A stretch of DNA of 64,000 bases from Azolla caroliniana. Taxonomy: Eukaryota > Plantae > Polypodiophyta. The notes beneath the pieces were generated by a model. It was given only the letters and a program-made list of their open reading frames with translations. It was not told the DNA's origin and searched no databases. The stretch lies in NCBI GenBank assembly GCA_043228905.1, contig JBHGNT010000014.1, positions 21,001,784 to 21,065,783 of the forward strand, given 5' to 3'. The position numbers and the translations under genes were made by a program. Positions 24,851 to 39,200 of the stretch are shown here, in pieces. Each line of letters opens with the position of its first letter. Position 1 is the first letter of the stretch.

Positions 24851-27800
24851 GTGTGATATCGGATTTTTGTGTTGAAGCACGCGAATCGAAGCTAACAACG
24901 CTAGCTATGATATGGAATTAAAAAATCAAGATTTTGAAACTCAGGTCGAGAGACATGACGAAATTACCAAATTTGAGGAGTGAGTTGGGAAGAGCTAGTT
25001 GGTAAATTAAAATGTTCATACCTGGCTCGTGTGATATCGGATTTTTGTGTTCAAACATGCGAATCGAAGCTAACAATGCTAGCTATGATATGGAATTAAA
25101 AAATCAAGATTTTGAAACTCAGGTCGAGAGACATGACGAAATTACCAAACATGAGGAGGGAGTTCAGAGGAGCCCTTGAGTAAATTAAAATGTTCATACC
25201 TGGCTCGTGTGATATCGGATTTTTGTATTCAAACATGCGAATCGAAGCTAACAATGCGAGCTATGATATGGAATTAAAAAATCAAGATTTTGAAACTCAG
25301 GTCGAGAGACATGACGAAATTACCAAATTTGAGGAGTGAGTTGGGAAGAGCTAGTTGGTAAATTAAAATGTTCATACCTGGCTCGTGTGATATCGGATTT
25401 TTGTGTTCAAACATGCGAATCGAAACTAGCAATGCTAGCTATGATATGGAATTAAAAAATCAAGATTTTGAAACTCAGGTCGAGAGACATGACGAAATTA
25501 CCAATTTTGAGGAGTGAGTTGGGAAGAGCTAGTAGGTAAATTAAAATGTTCATACCAGGCTCGTGTGATATCGGATTTTTGTGTTCAAACATGCGATTCG
25601 AAGCTAACAACACTAGCTATGATATGGAATTAAAAAATCAAGATTTTGAAACTCAGGTCGAGAGACATGACGAAATTACCAAATTTGAGGAATGAGTTGG
25701 GAAGAGCTAGTAGGTAAATTAAAATGTTCATACCTGGCTCGTGTGATATCGGATTTTTGTGTTCAAACATGCGAATCGAAGCTAACAATGCTAGCTATGA
25801 TATGGAATTAAAAAATCAAGATTTTGAAACTCAGGTCGAGAGACATGACGAAATTACCAAACATGAGGAGGGAGTTCAGAGGAGCCCTTGAGTAAATTAA
25901 AATGTTCATACCTGGCTCGTGTGATATCGGATTTTTGTGTTGAAGCACGCGAATCGAAGCTAACAACGCTAGCTATGATATGGAATTAAAAAATCAAGAT
26001 TTTGAAACTCAGGTCGAGAGACATGACGAAATTACCAAATTTGAGGAGTGAGTTGGGAAGAGCTAGTTGGTAAATTAAAATGTTCATACCTGGCTCGTGT
26101 GATATCGGATTTTTGTGTTCAAACATGCGAATCGAAGCTAACAATGCTAGCTATGATATGGAATTAAAAAATCAAGATTTTGAAACTCAGGTCGAGAGAC
26201 ATGACGAAATTACCAAACATGAGGAGGGAGTTCAGAGGAGCCCTTGAGTAAATTAAAATGTTCATACCTGGCTCGTGTGATATCGGATTTTTGTATTCAA
26301 ACATGCGAATCGAAGCTAACAATGCGAGCTATGATATGGAATTAAAAAATCAAGATTTTGAAACTCAGGTCGAGAGACATGACGAAATTACCAAATTTGA
26401 GGAGTGAGTTGGGAAGAGCTAGTTGGTAAATTAAAATGTTCATACCTGGCTCGTGTGATATCGGATTTTTGTGTTCAAACATGCGAATCGAAACTAGCAA
26501 TGCTAGCTATGATATGGAATTAAAAAATCAAGATTTTGAAACTCAGGTCGAGAGACATGACGAAATTACCAATTTTGAGGAGTGAGTTGGGAAGAGCTAG
26601 TAGGTAAATTAAAATGTTCATACCAGGCTCGTGTGATATCGGATTTTTGTGTTCAAACATGCGATTCGAAGCTAACAACACTAGCTATGATATGGAATTA
26701 AAAAATCAAGATTTTGAAACTCAGGTCGAGAGACATGACGAAATTACCAAATTTGAGGAATGAGTTGGGAAGAGCTAGTAGGTAAATTAAAATGTTCATA
26801 CCTGGCTCGTGTGATATCGGATTTTTGTGTTCAAACATGCGAATCGAAGCTAACAATGCTAGCTATGATATGGAATTAAAAAATCAAGATTTTGAAACTC
26901 AGGTCGAGAGACATGACGAAATTACCAAACATGAGGAGGGAGTTCAGAGGAGCCCTTGAGTAAATTAAAATGTTCATACCTGGCTCGTGTGATATCGGAT
27001 TTTTGTGTTGAAGCACGCGAATCGAAGCTAACAACGCTAGCTATGATATGGAATTAAAAAATCAAGATTTTGAAACTCAGGTCGAGAGACATGACGAAAT
27101 TACCAAATTTGAGGAGTGAGTTGGGAAGAGCTAGTTGGTAAATTAAAATGTTCATACCTGGCTCGTGTGATATCGGATTTTTGTGTTCAAACATGCGAAT
27201 CGAAGCTAACAATGCTAGCTATGATATGGAATTAAAAAATCAAGATTTTGAAACTCAGGTCGAGAGACATGACGAAATTACCAAACATGAGGAGGGAGTT
27301 CAGAGGAGCCCTTGAGTAAATTAAAATGTTCATACCTGGCTCGTGTGATATCGGATTTTTGTATTCAAACATGCGAATCGAAGCTAACAATGCGAGCTAT
27401 GATATGGAATTAAAAAATCAAGATTTTGAAACTCAGGTCGAGAGACATGACGAAATTACCAAATTTGAGGAGTGAGTTGGGAAGAGCTAGTTGGTAAATT
27501 AAAATGTTCATACCTGGCTCGTGTGATATCGGATTTTTGTGTTCAAACATGCGAATCGAAACTAGCAATGCTAGCTATGATATGGAATTAAAAAATCAAG
27601 ATTTTGAAACTCAGGTCGAGAGACATGACGAAATTACCAATTTTGAGGAGTGAGTTGGGAAGAGCTAGTAGGTAAATTAAAATGTTCATACCTGGCTCGT
27701 GTGATATCGGATTTTTGTGTTCAAACATGCGATTCGAAGCTAACAACACTAGCTATGATATGGAATTAAAAAATCAAGATTTTGAAACTCAGGTCGAGAG

Positions 27801-27900
27801 ACATGACGAAATTACCAAATTTGAGGAATGAGTTGGGAAGAGCTAGTAGGTAAATTAAAATGTTCATACCTGGCTCGTGTGATATCGGATTTTTGTGTTC
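24760..27900. repeat. 6-mer HOR (1068 bp) x~3
   Basis: AATGCGAG at 25253/26321/27389. CATACCAGGC at 25551/26619 is present in the first two copies only. Confidence 0.88.
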
Positions 27901-30189
27901 AAACATTGGAATCGAAGCTAACAATGGTAGCTATGATATGGAATTAAAAAATCAAGATTTTGAAACTCAGGTCGAGAGACATGACGAAATTACCAAACAT
28001 GAGGAGGGAGTTCAGAGGAGCCCTTGAGTAAATTAAAATGTTCATACCTGGGGAGTGTGATATCGGATTTTTGTGTTCAAGCATGCGAATCGAAGCTAAC
28101 AATGCTAGCTATGATATGGAATTAAAAAATCAAGATTTTGAAACTCAGGTCGAGAGACATGACGAAATTACCAAATTTGAGGGGTGAGTTGGGAAGAGCT
28201 AGTTGGTAAATTAAAATGTTAAGACCTGGGGAGTGTGATATCCGAATTTTGTGTTCAAACATGCGAATCGAAGCTAATAATGCTAGCTATGATATGGAAC
28301 TAAAAAATCAAGATTTTGAAACTCAGGTCGAGAGACATGATGGAATTAAAAAATTTGAGGAGTGAGTTGGGAAGAGCTAGTTGGTAAATTAAAATGTTCA
28401 TACCTGGCGAGTGTGATATCGGATTTATGTGTTCAAACATGCGAATCGAAGCTAACAACGCTAGCTATGATATGGAATTAAAAAATCAAGATTTTGAAAC
28501 TCAGGTCGAGAGACATGACGAAATTACCAAATTTGAGGAATGAGTTGGGAAGAGCTAGTAGGTAAATTAAAATGTTCATACCTGGCTCGTGTGATATCGG
28601 ATTTTTGTGTTCAAACATGCGAATCGAAGCTAACAATGCTAGCTATGATATGGAATTAAAAAATCAAGATTTTGAAACTCAGGTCGAGAGACATGACGAA
28701 ATTACCAAACATGAGGAGGGAGTTCAGAGGAGCCCTTGAGTAAATTAAAATGTTCATACCTGGGGAGTGTGATATCGGATTTTTGTGTTCAAGCATGCGA
28801 ATCGAAGCTAACAACGCTAGCTATGATATGGAATTAAAAAATCAAGATTTTGAAACTCAGGTCGAGAGACATGACGAAATTACCAAATTTGAGGAGTGAG
28901 TTGGGAAGAGCTCGTTGATAAATTAAAATGTTCATACCTGGCTCGTGTGATATCGGATTTTTGTGTTCAAACATGCGAATCGAAGCTAACAATGCTAGCT
29001 ATGATATGGAATTAAAAAATCAAGATTTTGAAACTCAGGTCGAGAGACATGACGAAATTACCAAATTTGAGGAGTGAGTTGGGAAGAGCTAGTTGGTAAA
29101 TTAAAATGTTCATACCTGGCTCGTGTGATATCGGATTTTTGTGTTCAAACATGCGAATCGAAGCTAGCAATGCTAGCTATGATATGGAATTAAAAAATCA
29201 AGATTTTGAAACTCAGGTCGAGAGACATGACGAAATTACCAAATTTGAGGAGTGAGTTGGGAAGAGCTAGTTGGTAAATTAAAATGTTCATACCTGGCTC
29301 GTGTGATATCGGATTTTTGTGTTCAAACATGCGAATCGAAGCTAGCAATGCTAGCTATGATATGGAATTAAAAAATCAAGATTTTGAAACTCAGGTCGAG
29401 AGACATGACGAAATTACCAATTTTGAGGAGTGAGTTGGGAAGAGCTAGTAGGTAAATTAAAATGTTCATACCTGGCTCGTGTGATATCGGATTTTTGTGT
29501 TCAAACATGCGAATCGAAGCTAACAACACTAGCTATGATATGGAATTAAAAAATCAAGATTTTGAAACTCAGGTCGAGAGACATGACGAAATTACCAAAT
29601 TTGAGGAATGAGTTGGGAAGAGCTAGTAGGTAAATTAAAATGTTCATACCTGGCTCGTGTGATATCGGATTTTTGTGTTCAAACATGCGAATCGAAGCTA
29701 ACAACGCTAGCTATGATATGGAATTAAAAAATCAAGATTTTGAAACTCAGGTCGAGAGACATGACGAAACTACCAAACATGAGGAGGGAGTTCAGAGGAG
29801 CCCTTAGGTAAATTAAAATGTTCATACCTGGCTCGTGTGATATCGGATTTTTGTGTTCAAACATGCGAATCGAAGCTAACAATGCTAGCTATGATATGGA
29901 ATTAAAAAATCAAGATTTTGAAACTCAGGTCGAGAGACATGACGAAATTACCAAATTTGAGGAGTGAGTTGGGAAGAGCTAGTTGGTAAATTAAAATGTT
30001 CATACCTGGCTCGTGTGATATCGGATTTCTGTGTTGAAGCACGCGAATCGAAGCTAACAACGCTAGCTATGATATGGAATTAAAAAATCAAGATTTTGAA
30101 ACTCAGGTTGAGAGACATGATGGAATTAAAAAATTTGAGGAGTGAGTTGGGAAGAGCTAGTTGGTAAATTAAAATGTTCATACCTGGCT

Positions 30190-33100
30190 CGTGTGATATC
30201 GGATTTTTGTGTTCAAACATGCGAATCGAAGCTAACAACGCTAGCTATGATATGGAATTAAAAAATCAAGATTTTGAATCTTAGGTCGAGAGACATGACA
30301 AAATTACCAAATTTGAGGAATGAGTTGGGAAGAGCTAGTAGGTAAATTAAAATGTTCATATCTGGCTCGTATGATATCGGATTTTTGTGTTCAAACATGC
30401 GAATCGAAGCTAACAATGCTAGCTATGATATGGAATTAAAAAATCAAGATTTTGAAACTCAGGTCGAGAGACATGACGAAATTACCAAATTTGAGGAGTG
30501 AGTTGGGAAGAGCTAGTTGGTAAATTAAAATGTTCATACCTGGCTCGTGTGATATCGGATTTTTGTGTTCAAACATGCGAATCGAAGCTAACAATGCTAG
30601 CTATGATATGGAATTAAAAAATCAAGATTTTGAAACTCAGGTCGAGAGACATGACGAAATTACCAAACATGAGGAGGGAGTTCAGAGGAGCCCTTGAGTA
30701 AATTAAAATGTTCATACCTGGCTCGTGTGATATCGGATTTTTGTGTTGAAGCACGCGAATCGAAGCTAACAACGCTAGCTATGATATGGAATTAAAAAAT
30801 CAAGATTTTGAAACTCAGGTCGAGAGACATGACGAAATTACCAATTTTGAGGAGTGAGTTGGGAAGAGCTAGTAGGTAAATTAAAATGTTCATACCTGGC
30901 TCGTGTGATATCGGATTTTTGTGTTCAAACATGCGAATCGAAGCTAACAACGCTAGCTATGATATGGAATTAAAAAATCAAGATTTTGAAACCCAGGTCG
31001 AGAGACATGACGAAATTACCAAATTTGAGGAGTGAGTTGGGAAGAGCTCGTTGATAAATTAAAATGTTCATACCTGGCTCGTGTGATATCGGATTTTTGT
31101 GTTCAAACATGCGAATCGAAGCTAACAATGCTAGCTATGATATGGAATTAAAAAATCAAGATTTTGAAACTCAGGTCGAGAGACATGACGAAATTACCAA
31201 ATTTGAGGAGTGAGTTGGGAAGAGCTAGTTGGTAAATTAAAATGTTCATACCTGGCTCGTGTGATATCGGATTTTTGTGTTCAAACATGCGAATCGAAGC
31301 TAACAATGCTAGCTATGATATGGAATTAAAAAATCAAGATTTTGAAACTCAGGTCGAGAGACATGACGAAATTACCAAACATGAGGAGGGAGTTCAGAGG
31401 AGCCCTTGAGTAAATTAAAATGTTCATACCTGGCTCGTGTGATATCGGATTTTTGTGTTCAAACATGCGAATCGAAGCTAGCAATGCTAGCTATGATATG
31501 GAATTAAAAAATCAAGATTTTGAAACTCAGGTCGAGAGACATGACGAAATTACCAAATTTGAGGAATGAGTTGGGAAGAGCTAGTAGGTAAATTAAAATG
31601 TTCATATCTGGCTCGTGTGATATCGGATTTTTGTGTTCAAACATGCGAATCGAAGCTAACAATGCTAGCTATGATATGGAATTAAAAAATCAAGATTTTG
31701 AAACTCAGGTCGAGAGACATGACGAAATTACCAATTTTGAGGAGTGAGTTGGGAAGAGCTAGTAGGTAAATTAAAATGTTCATAGCTGGCTCGTGTGATA
31801 TCGGATTTTTGTGTTCAAACATGCGAATCGAAGCTAACAATGCTAGCTATGATATGGAATTAAAAAATCAAGATTTTGAAACTCAGGTCGAGACACATGA
31901 CGAAATTACCAAATTTGAGGAGTGAGTTGGGAAGAGCTTGTAGGTAAATTAAAATGTTCATACCTGGCTCGTGTGATATCGGATTTTTGTATTCAAACAT
32001 GCGAATCGAAGCTAACAATGCTAGCTATGATATGGAATTAAAAAATCAAGATTTTGAAACTCAGGTCGAGAGACATGACGAAATTACCAAATTTGAGGAG
32101 TGAGTTGGGAAGAGCTAGTTGGTAAATTAAAATGTTCATACCTGGCTCGTGTGATATCGGATTTTTGTGTTCAAACATGCGAATCGAAGCTAACAACGCT
32201 AGCTATGATATGGAATTAAAAAATCAAGATTTTGAATCTTAGGTCGAGAGACATGACAAAATTACCAAATTTGAGGAATGAGTTGGGAAGAGCTAGTAGG
32301 TAAATTAAAATGTTCATATCTGGCTCGTATGATATCGGATTTTTGTGTTCAAACATGCGAATCGAAGCTAACAATGCTAGCTATGATATGGAATTAAAAA
32401 ATCAAGATTTTGAAACTCAGGTCGAGAGACATGACGAAATTACCAAATTTGAGGAGTGAGTTGGGAAGAGCTAGTTGGTAAATTAAAATGTTCATACCTG
32501 GCTCGTGTGATATCGGATTTTTGTGTTCAAACATGCGAATCGAAGCTAACAATGCTAGCTATGATATGGAATTAAAAAATCAAGATTTTGAAACTCAGGT
32601 CGAGAGACATGACGAAATTACCAAACATGAGGAGGGAGTTCAGAGGAGCCCTTGAGTAAATTAAAATGTTCATACCTGGCTCGTGTGATATCGGATTTTT
32701 GTGTTGAAGCACGCGAATCGAAGCTAACAACGCTAGCTATGATATGGAATTAAAAAATCAAGATTTTGAAACTCAGGTCGAGAGACATGACGAAATTACC
32801 AATTTTGAGGAGTGAGTTGGGAAGAGCTAGTAGGTAAATTAAAATGTTCATACCTGGCTCGTGTGATATCGGATTTTTGTGTTCAAACATGCGAATCGAA
32901 GCTAACAACGCTAGCTATGATATGGAATTAAAAAATCAAGATTTTGAAACCCAGGTCGAGAGACATGACGAAATTACCAAATTTGAGGAGTGAGTTGGGA
33001 AGAGCTCGTTGATAAATTAAAATGTTCATACCTGGCTCGTGTGATATCGGATTTTTGTGTTCAAACATGCGAATCGAAGCTAACAATGCTAGCTATGATA

Positions 33101-34140
33101 TGGAATTAAAAAATCAAGATTTTGAAACTCAGGTCGAGAGACATGACGAAATTACCAAATTTGAGGAGTGAGTTGGGAAGAGCTAGTTGGTAAATTAAAA
33201 TGTTCATACCTGGCTCGTGTGATATCGGATTTTTGTGTTCAAACATGCGAATCGAAGCTAACAATGCTAGCTATGATATGGAATTAAAAAATCAAGATTT
33301 TGAAACTCAGGTCGAGAGACATGACGAAATTACCAAACATGAGGAGGGAGTTCAGAGGAGCCCTTGAGTAAATTAAAATGTTCATACCTGGCTCGTGTGA
33401 TATCGGATTTTTGTGTTCAAACATGCGAATCGAAGCTAGCAATGCTAGCTATGATATGTAATTAAAAAATCAAGATTTTGAAACTCAGGTCGAGAGACAT
33501 GACGAAATTACCAAATTTGAGGAATGAGTTGGGAAGAGCTAGTAGGTAAATTAAAATGTTCATATCTGGCTCGTGTGATATCGGATTTTTGTGTTCAAAC
33601 ATGCGAATCGAAGCTAACAATGCTAGCTATGATATGGAATTAAAAAATCAAGATTTTGAAACTCAGGTCGAGAGACATGACGAAATTACCAATTTTGAGG
33701 AGTGAGTTGGGAAGAGCTAGTAGGTAAATTAAAATGTTCATAGCTGGCTCGTGTGATATCGGATTTTTGTGTTCAAACATGCGAATCGAAGCTAACAATG
33801 CTAGCTATGATATGGAATTAAGAAATCAAGATTTTGAAACTCAGGTCGAGACACATGACGAAATTACCAAATTTGAGGAGTGAGTTGGGAAGAGCTTGTA
33901 GGTAAATTAAAATGTTCATACCTGGCTCGTGTGATATCGGATTTTTGTATTCAAACATGCGAATCGAAGCTAACAATGCTAGCTATGATATGGAATTAAA
34001 AAATCAAGATTTTGAAACTCAGGTCGAGAGACATGACGAAATTACCAAATTTGAGGAGTGAGTTGGGAAGAGCTAGTTGGTAAATTAAAATGTTCATACC
34101 TGGCTCGTGTGATATCGGATTTTTGTGTTCAAACATGCGA
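30190..34140. repeat. 11-mer HOR (1958 bp) x2
   Basis: GAATCTTAGG at 30276/32234; ACCCAGGTCG at 30991/32949; CATAGCTGGC at 31781/33739. Confidence 0.88.
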
Positions 34141-36250
34141 ATCGAAGCTAGCAATGCTAGCTATGATATGGAATTAAAAAATCAAGATTTTGAAACTCAG
34201 GTCGAGAGACATGACGAAATTACCAATTTTGAGGAGTGAGTTGGGAAGAGCTAGTAGGTAAATTAAAATGTTCATACCTGGCTCGTGTGATATCGGATTT
34301 TTGTGTTCAAACATGCGAATCAAAGCTAACAACACTAGCTATGATATGGAATTAAAAAATCAAGATTTTGAAACTCAGGTCGAGAGACATGACGAAATTA
34401 CCAAATTTGAGGAATGAGTTGGGAAGAGCTAGTAGGTAAATTAAAATGTTCATACCTGGCTCGTGTGATATCGGATTTTTGTGTTCAAACATGCGAATCG
34501 AAGCTAATAATGCTAGCTATGATATGGAATTAAAAAATCAAGATTTTGAAACTCAGGTCGAGAGACATGACGAAATTACCAAACATGAGGAGGGAGTTCA
34601 GAGGAGCCCTTGAGTAAATTAAAATGTTCATACCTGGGGAGTGTGATATCGGATTTTTGTGTTCAAGCATGCGAATCGAAGCTAACAATGCTAGCTATGA
34701 TATGGAATTAAAAAATCAAGATTTTGAAACTCAGGTCGAGAGACATGACGAAATTACCAAATTTGAGGCGTGAGTTGGGAAGAGCTAGTTGGTAAATTAA
34801 AATGTTAAGACCTGGGGAGTGTGATATCGGAATTTTGTGTTCAAACATGCGAATCGAAGCTAATAATGCTAGCTATGATATGGAACTAAAAAATCAAGAT
34901 TTTGAAACTCAGGTCGAGAGACATGATGGAATTAAAAAATTTGAGGAGTGAGTTGGGAAGAGCTAGTTGGTAAATTAAAATGTTCATACCTGGCGAGTGT
35001 GATATCGGATTTATGTGTTCAAACATGCGAATCGAAGCTAACAACGCTAGCTATGATATGGAATTAAAAAATCAAGATTTTGAAACTCAGGTCGAGAGAC
35101 ATGACGAAATTACCAATTTTGAGGAGTGAGTTGGGAAGAGCTCGTTGATAAATTAAAATGTTCATACCTGGCTCGTGTGATATCGGATTTTTGTGTTCAA
35201 ACATGCGAATCGAAGCTAGCAATGCTAGCTATGATATGGAATTAAAAAATCAAGATTTTGAAACTCAGGTCGAGAGACATGACGAAATTACCAATTTTGA
35301 GGAGTGAGTTGGGAAGAGCTAGTAGGTAAATTAAAATGTTCATACCTGGCTCGTGTGATATCGGATTTTTGTGTTCAAACATGCGAATCAAAGCTAACAA
35401 CACTAGCTATGATATGGAATTAAAAAATCAAGATTTTGAAACTCAGGTCGAGAGACATGACGAAATTACCAAATTTGAGGAATGAGTTGGGAAGAGCTAG
35501 TAGGTAAATTAAAATGTTCATACCTGGCTCGTGTGATATCGGATTTTTGTGTTCAAACATGCGAATCGAAGCTAATAATGCTAGCTATGATATGGAATTA
35601 AAAAATCAAGATTTTGAAACTCAGGTCGAGAGACATGACGAAATTACCAAACATGAGGAGGGAGTTCAGAGGAGCCCTTGAGTAAATTAAAATGTTCATA
35701 CCTGGGGAGTGTGATATCGGATTTTTGTGTTCAAGCATGCGAATCGAAGCTAACAATGCTAGCTATGATATGGAATTAAAAAATCAAGATTTTGAAACTC
35801 AGGTCGAGAGACATGACGAAATTACCAAATTTGAGGCGTGAGTTGGGAAGAGCTAGTTGGTAAATTAAAATGTTAAGACCTGGGGAGTGTGATATCGGAA
35901 TTTTGTGTTCAAACATGCGAATCGAAGCTAATAATGCTAGCTATGATATGGAACTAAAAAATCAAGATTTTGAAACTCAGGTCGAGAGACATGATGGAAT
36001 TAAAAAATTTGAGGAGTGAGTTGGGAAGAGCTAGTTGGTAAATTAAAATGTTCATACCTGGCGAGTGTGATATCGGATTTATGTGTTCAAACATGCGAAT
36101 CGAAGCTAACAACGCTAGCTATGATATGGAATTAAAAAATCAAGATTTTGAAACTCAGGTCGAGAGACATGACGAAATTACCAATTTTGAGGAGTGAGTT
36201 GGGAAGAGCTCGTTGATAAATTAAAATGTTCATACCTGGCTCGTGTGATA
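34110..36250. repeat. 6-mer HOR (1068 bp) x2, also present at ~48350-50490
   Basis: GAGGCGTGAG at 34765/35833 and 49005/50073. Confidence 0.88.
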
Positions 36251-39200
36251 TCGGATTTTTGTGTTCAAACATGCGAATCGAAGCTAACAATGCTAGCTAT
36301 GATATGGAATTAAAAAATCAAGATTTTGAAACTCAGGTCGAGAGACATGACGAAATTACCAAATTTGAGGAGTGAGTTGGGAAGAGCTAGTTGGTAAATT
36401 AAAATGTTCATACCTGGCTCGTGTGATATCGGATTTTTGTGTTCAAACATGCGAATCGAAGCTAACAATGCTAGCTATGATATGGAATTAAAAAATCAAG
36501 ATTTTGAAACTCAGGTCGAGAGACATGACGAAATTACCAAACATGAGGAGGGAGTTCAGAGGAGCCCTTGAGTAAATTAAAATGTTCATACCTGGCTCGT
36601 GTGATATCGGATTTTTGTGTTCAAGCATGCGAATCGAAGCTAACAATGCTAGCTATGATATGGAATTAAAAAATCAAGATTTTGAAACACAGGTCGAGAG
36701 ACATGACGAAATTACCAAATTTGAGGAGTGAGTTGGGAAGAGCTAGTTGGTAAATTAAAATGTTAAGACCTGGGGAGTGTGATATCGGAATTTTGTGTTC
36801 AAACATGCGAATCGAAGCTAATAATGCTAGCTATGATATGGAACTAAAAAATCAAGATTTTGAAACTCAGGTCGAGAGACATGATGGAATTAAAAAATTT
36901 GAGGAGTGAGTCTGGAAGAGCTAGTTGGTAAATTAAAATGTTCATACCTGGCGAGTGTGATATCGGATTTATGTGTTCAAACATGCGAATCGTAGCTAAC
37001 AACGCTAGCTATGATATGGAATTAAAAAATCAAGATTTTGAAACTCAGATCGAGAGACATGACGAAATTACCAAATTTGAGGAATGAGTTGGGAAGAGCT
37101 AGTAGGTAAATTAAAATGTTCATACCTGGCTCGTGTGATATCGGATTTTTGTGTTCAAACATGCGAATCGAAGCTAACAATGCTAGCTATGATATGGAAT
37201 TAAAAAATCAAGATTTTGAAACTTAGGTCGAGAGAGATGACGAAATTACCAAACATGAGGAGGGAGTTCAGAGGAGCCCTTGAGTAAATTAAAATGTTCA
37301 TACCTGGGGAGTGTGATATCGGATTTTTGTGTTCAAGCATGCGAATCGAAGCTAACAACGCTAGCTATGATATGGAATTAAAAAATCAAGATTTTGAAAC
37401 TCAGGTCGAGAGATATGACGAAATTACCAAATTTGAGGAGTGAGTTGGGAAGAGCTTGTAGGTAAATTAAAATGTTCATACCTGGCTCGTGTGATATCGG
37501 ATTTTTGTGTTCAAACATGCGAATCGAAGCTAACAATGCTAGCTATGATATGGAATTAAAAAATCAAGATTTTGAAACTCAGGTCGAGAGACATGACGAA
37601 ATTACCAAACATGAGGAGGGAGTTCAGAGGAGCCCTTGAGTAAATTAAAATGTTCATACCTGGGGAGTGTGATATCGGATTTTTGTGTTCAAGCATGCGA
37701 ATCGAAGCTAACAACGCTAGCTATGATATGGAATTAAAAAATCAAGATTTTGAAACTCAGGTCGAGAGATATGACGAAATTACCAAATTTGAGGAGTGAG
37801 TTGGGAAGAGCTTGTAGGTAAATTAAAATGTTCATACCTGGCTCGTGTGATATCGGATTTTTGTGTTCAAACATGCGAATCGAAGCTAACAATGCTAGCT
37901 ATGATATGGAATTAAAAAATCAAGATTTTGAAACTCAGGTCGAAAGACATGACGAAATTACCAAACATGAGGAGGGAGTTCAGAGGAGCCCCTGAGTAAA
38001 TTAAAATGTTCATACCTGGCTCATGTGATATCGGATTTTTGTGTTCAAGCATGCGAATCGAAGGTAACAACGCTAGCTATGATATAGAATTAAAAAATCA
38101 AGATTTTGAAACTCAGGTCGAGAGATATGACGAAATTACCAAATTTGAGGAGTGAGTTGGGAAGAGCTTGTAGGTAAATTAAAATGTTCATACCTGGCTC
38201 GTGTGATATCGGATTTTTGTGTTCAAACATGCGAATCGAAGCTAACAATGCTAGCTATGATATGGAATTAAAAAATCAAGATTTTGAAACTCAGGTCGAA
38301 AGACATGACGAAATTACCAAACATGAGGAGGGAGTTCAGAGGAGCCCCTGAGTAAATTAAAATGTTCATACCTGGCTCATGTGATATCGGATTTTTGTGT
38401 TCAAGCATGCGAATCGAAGGTAACAACGCTAGCTATGATATGGAATTAAAAAATCAAGATTTTGAAACTCAGGTCGAGAGATATGACGAAATTACCAAAT
38501 TTGAGGAGTGAGTTGGGAAGAGCTTGTAGGTAAATTAAAATGTTCATACCTGGCTCGTGTGATATCGGATTTTTGTGTTGAAGCCTGCAAATCGAAGCTA
38601 ACAACGCTAGCTATGATATGGAATTAAAAAATCAAGATTTTGAAACTCAGGTCGAGAGACATGACGAAATTACCAAACATGAGGAGGGAGTTCAGAGGAG
38701 CCCTTGAGTAAATTAAAATGTTCATACCTGGCTCGTGTGATATCGGATTTTTGTATTCAAACATGCGAATCGAAGCTAACAATGCGAGCTATGATATGGA
38801 ATTAAAAAATCAAGAGTTTGAAACTCAGGTCGAGAGACATGACGAAATTACCAAATTTGAAGAGTGAGTTGGGAAGAGCTAGTTGGTAAATTAAAATGTT
38901 CATACCTGGCTCGTGTGATATCGGATTTTTGTGTTCAAACATGCGAATCGAAATTAGCAATGCTAGCTATGATATGGAATTAAAAAATCAAGATTTTGAA
39001 ACTCAGGTCGAGAGACATGACGAAATTACCAATTTTGAGGAGTGAGTTGGGAAGAGCTAGTAGGTAAATTAAAATGTTCATACCTGGCTCGTGTGATATC
39101 GGATTTTTGTGTTCAAACATGCGATTCGAAGCTAACAACACTAGCTATGATATGGAATTAAAAAATCAAGATTTTGAAACTCAGGTCGAGAGACATGACG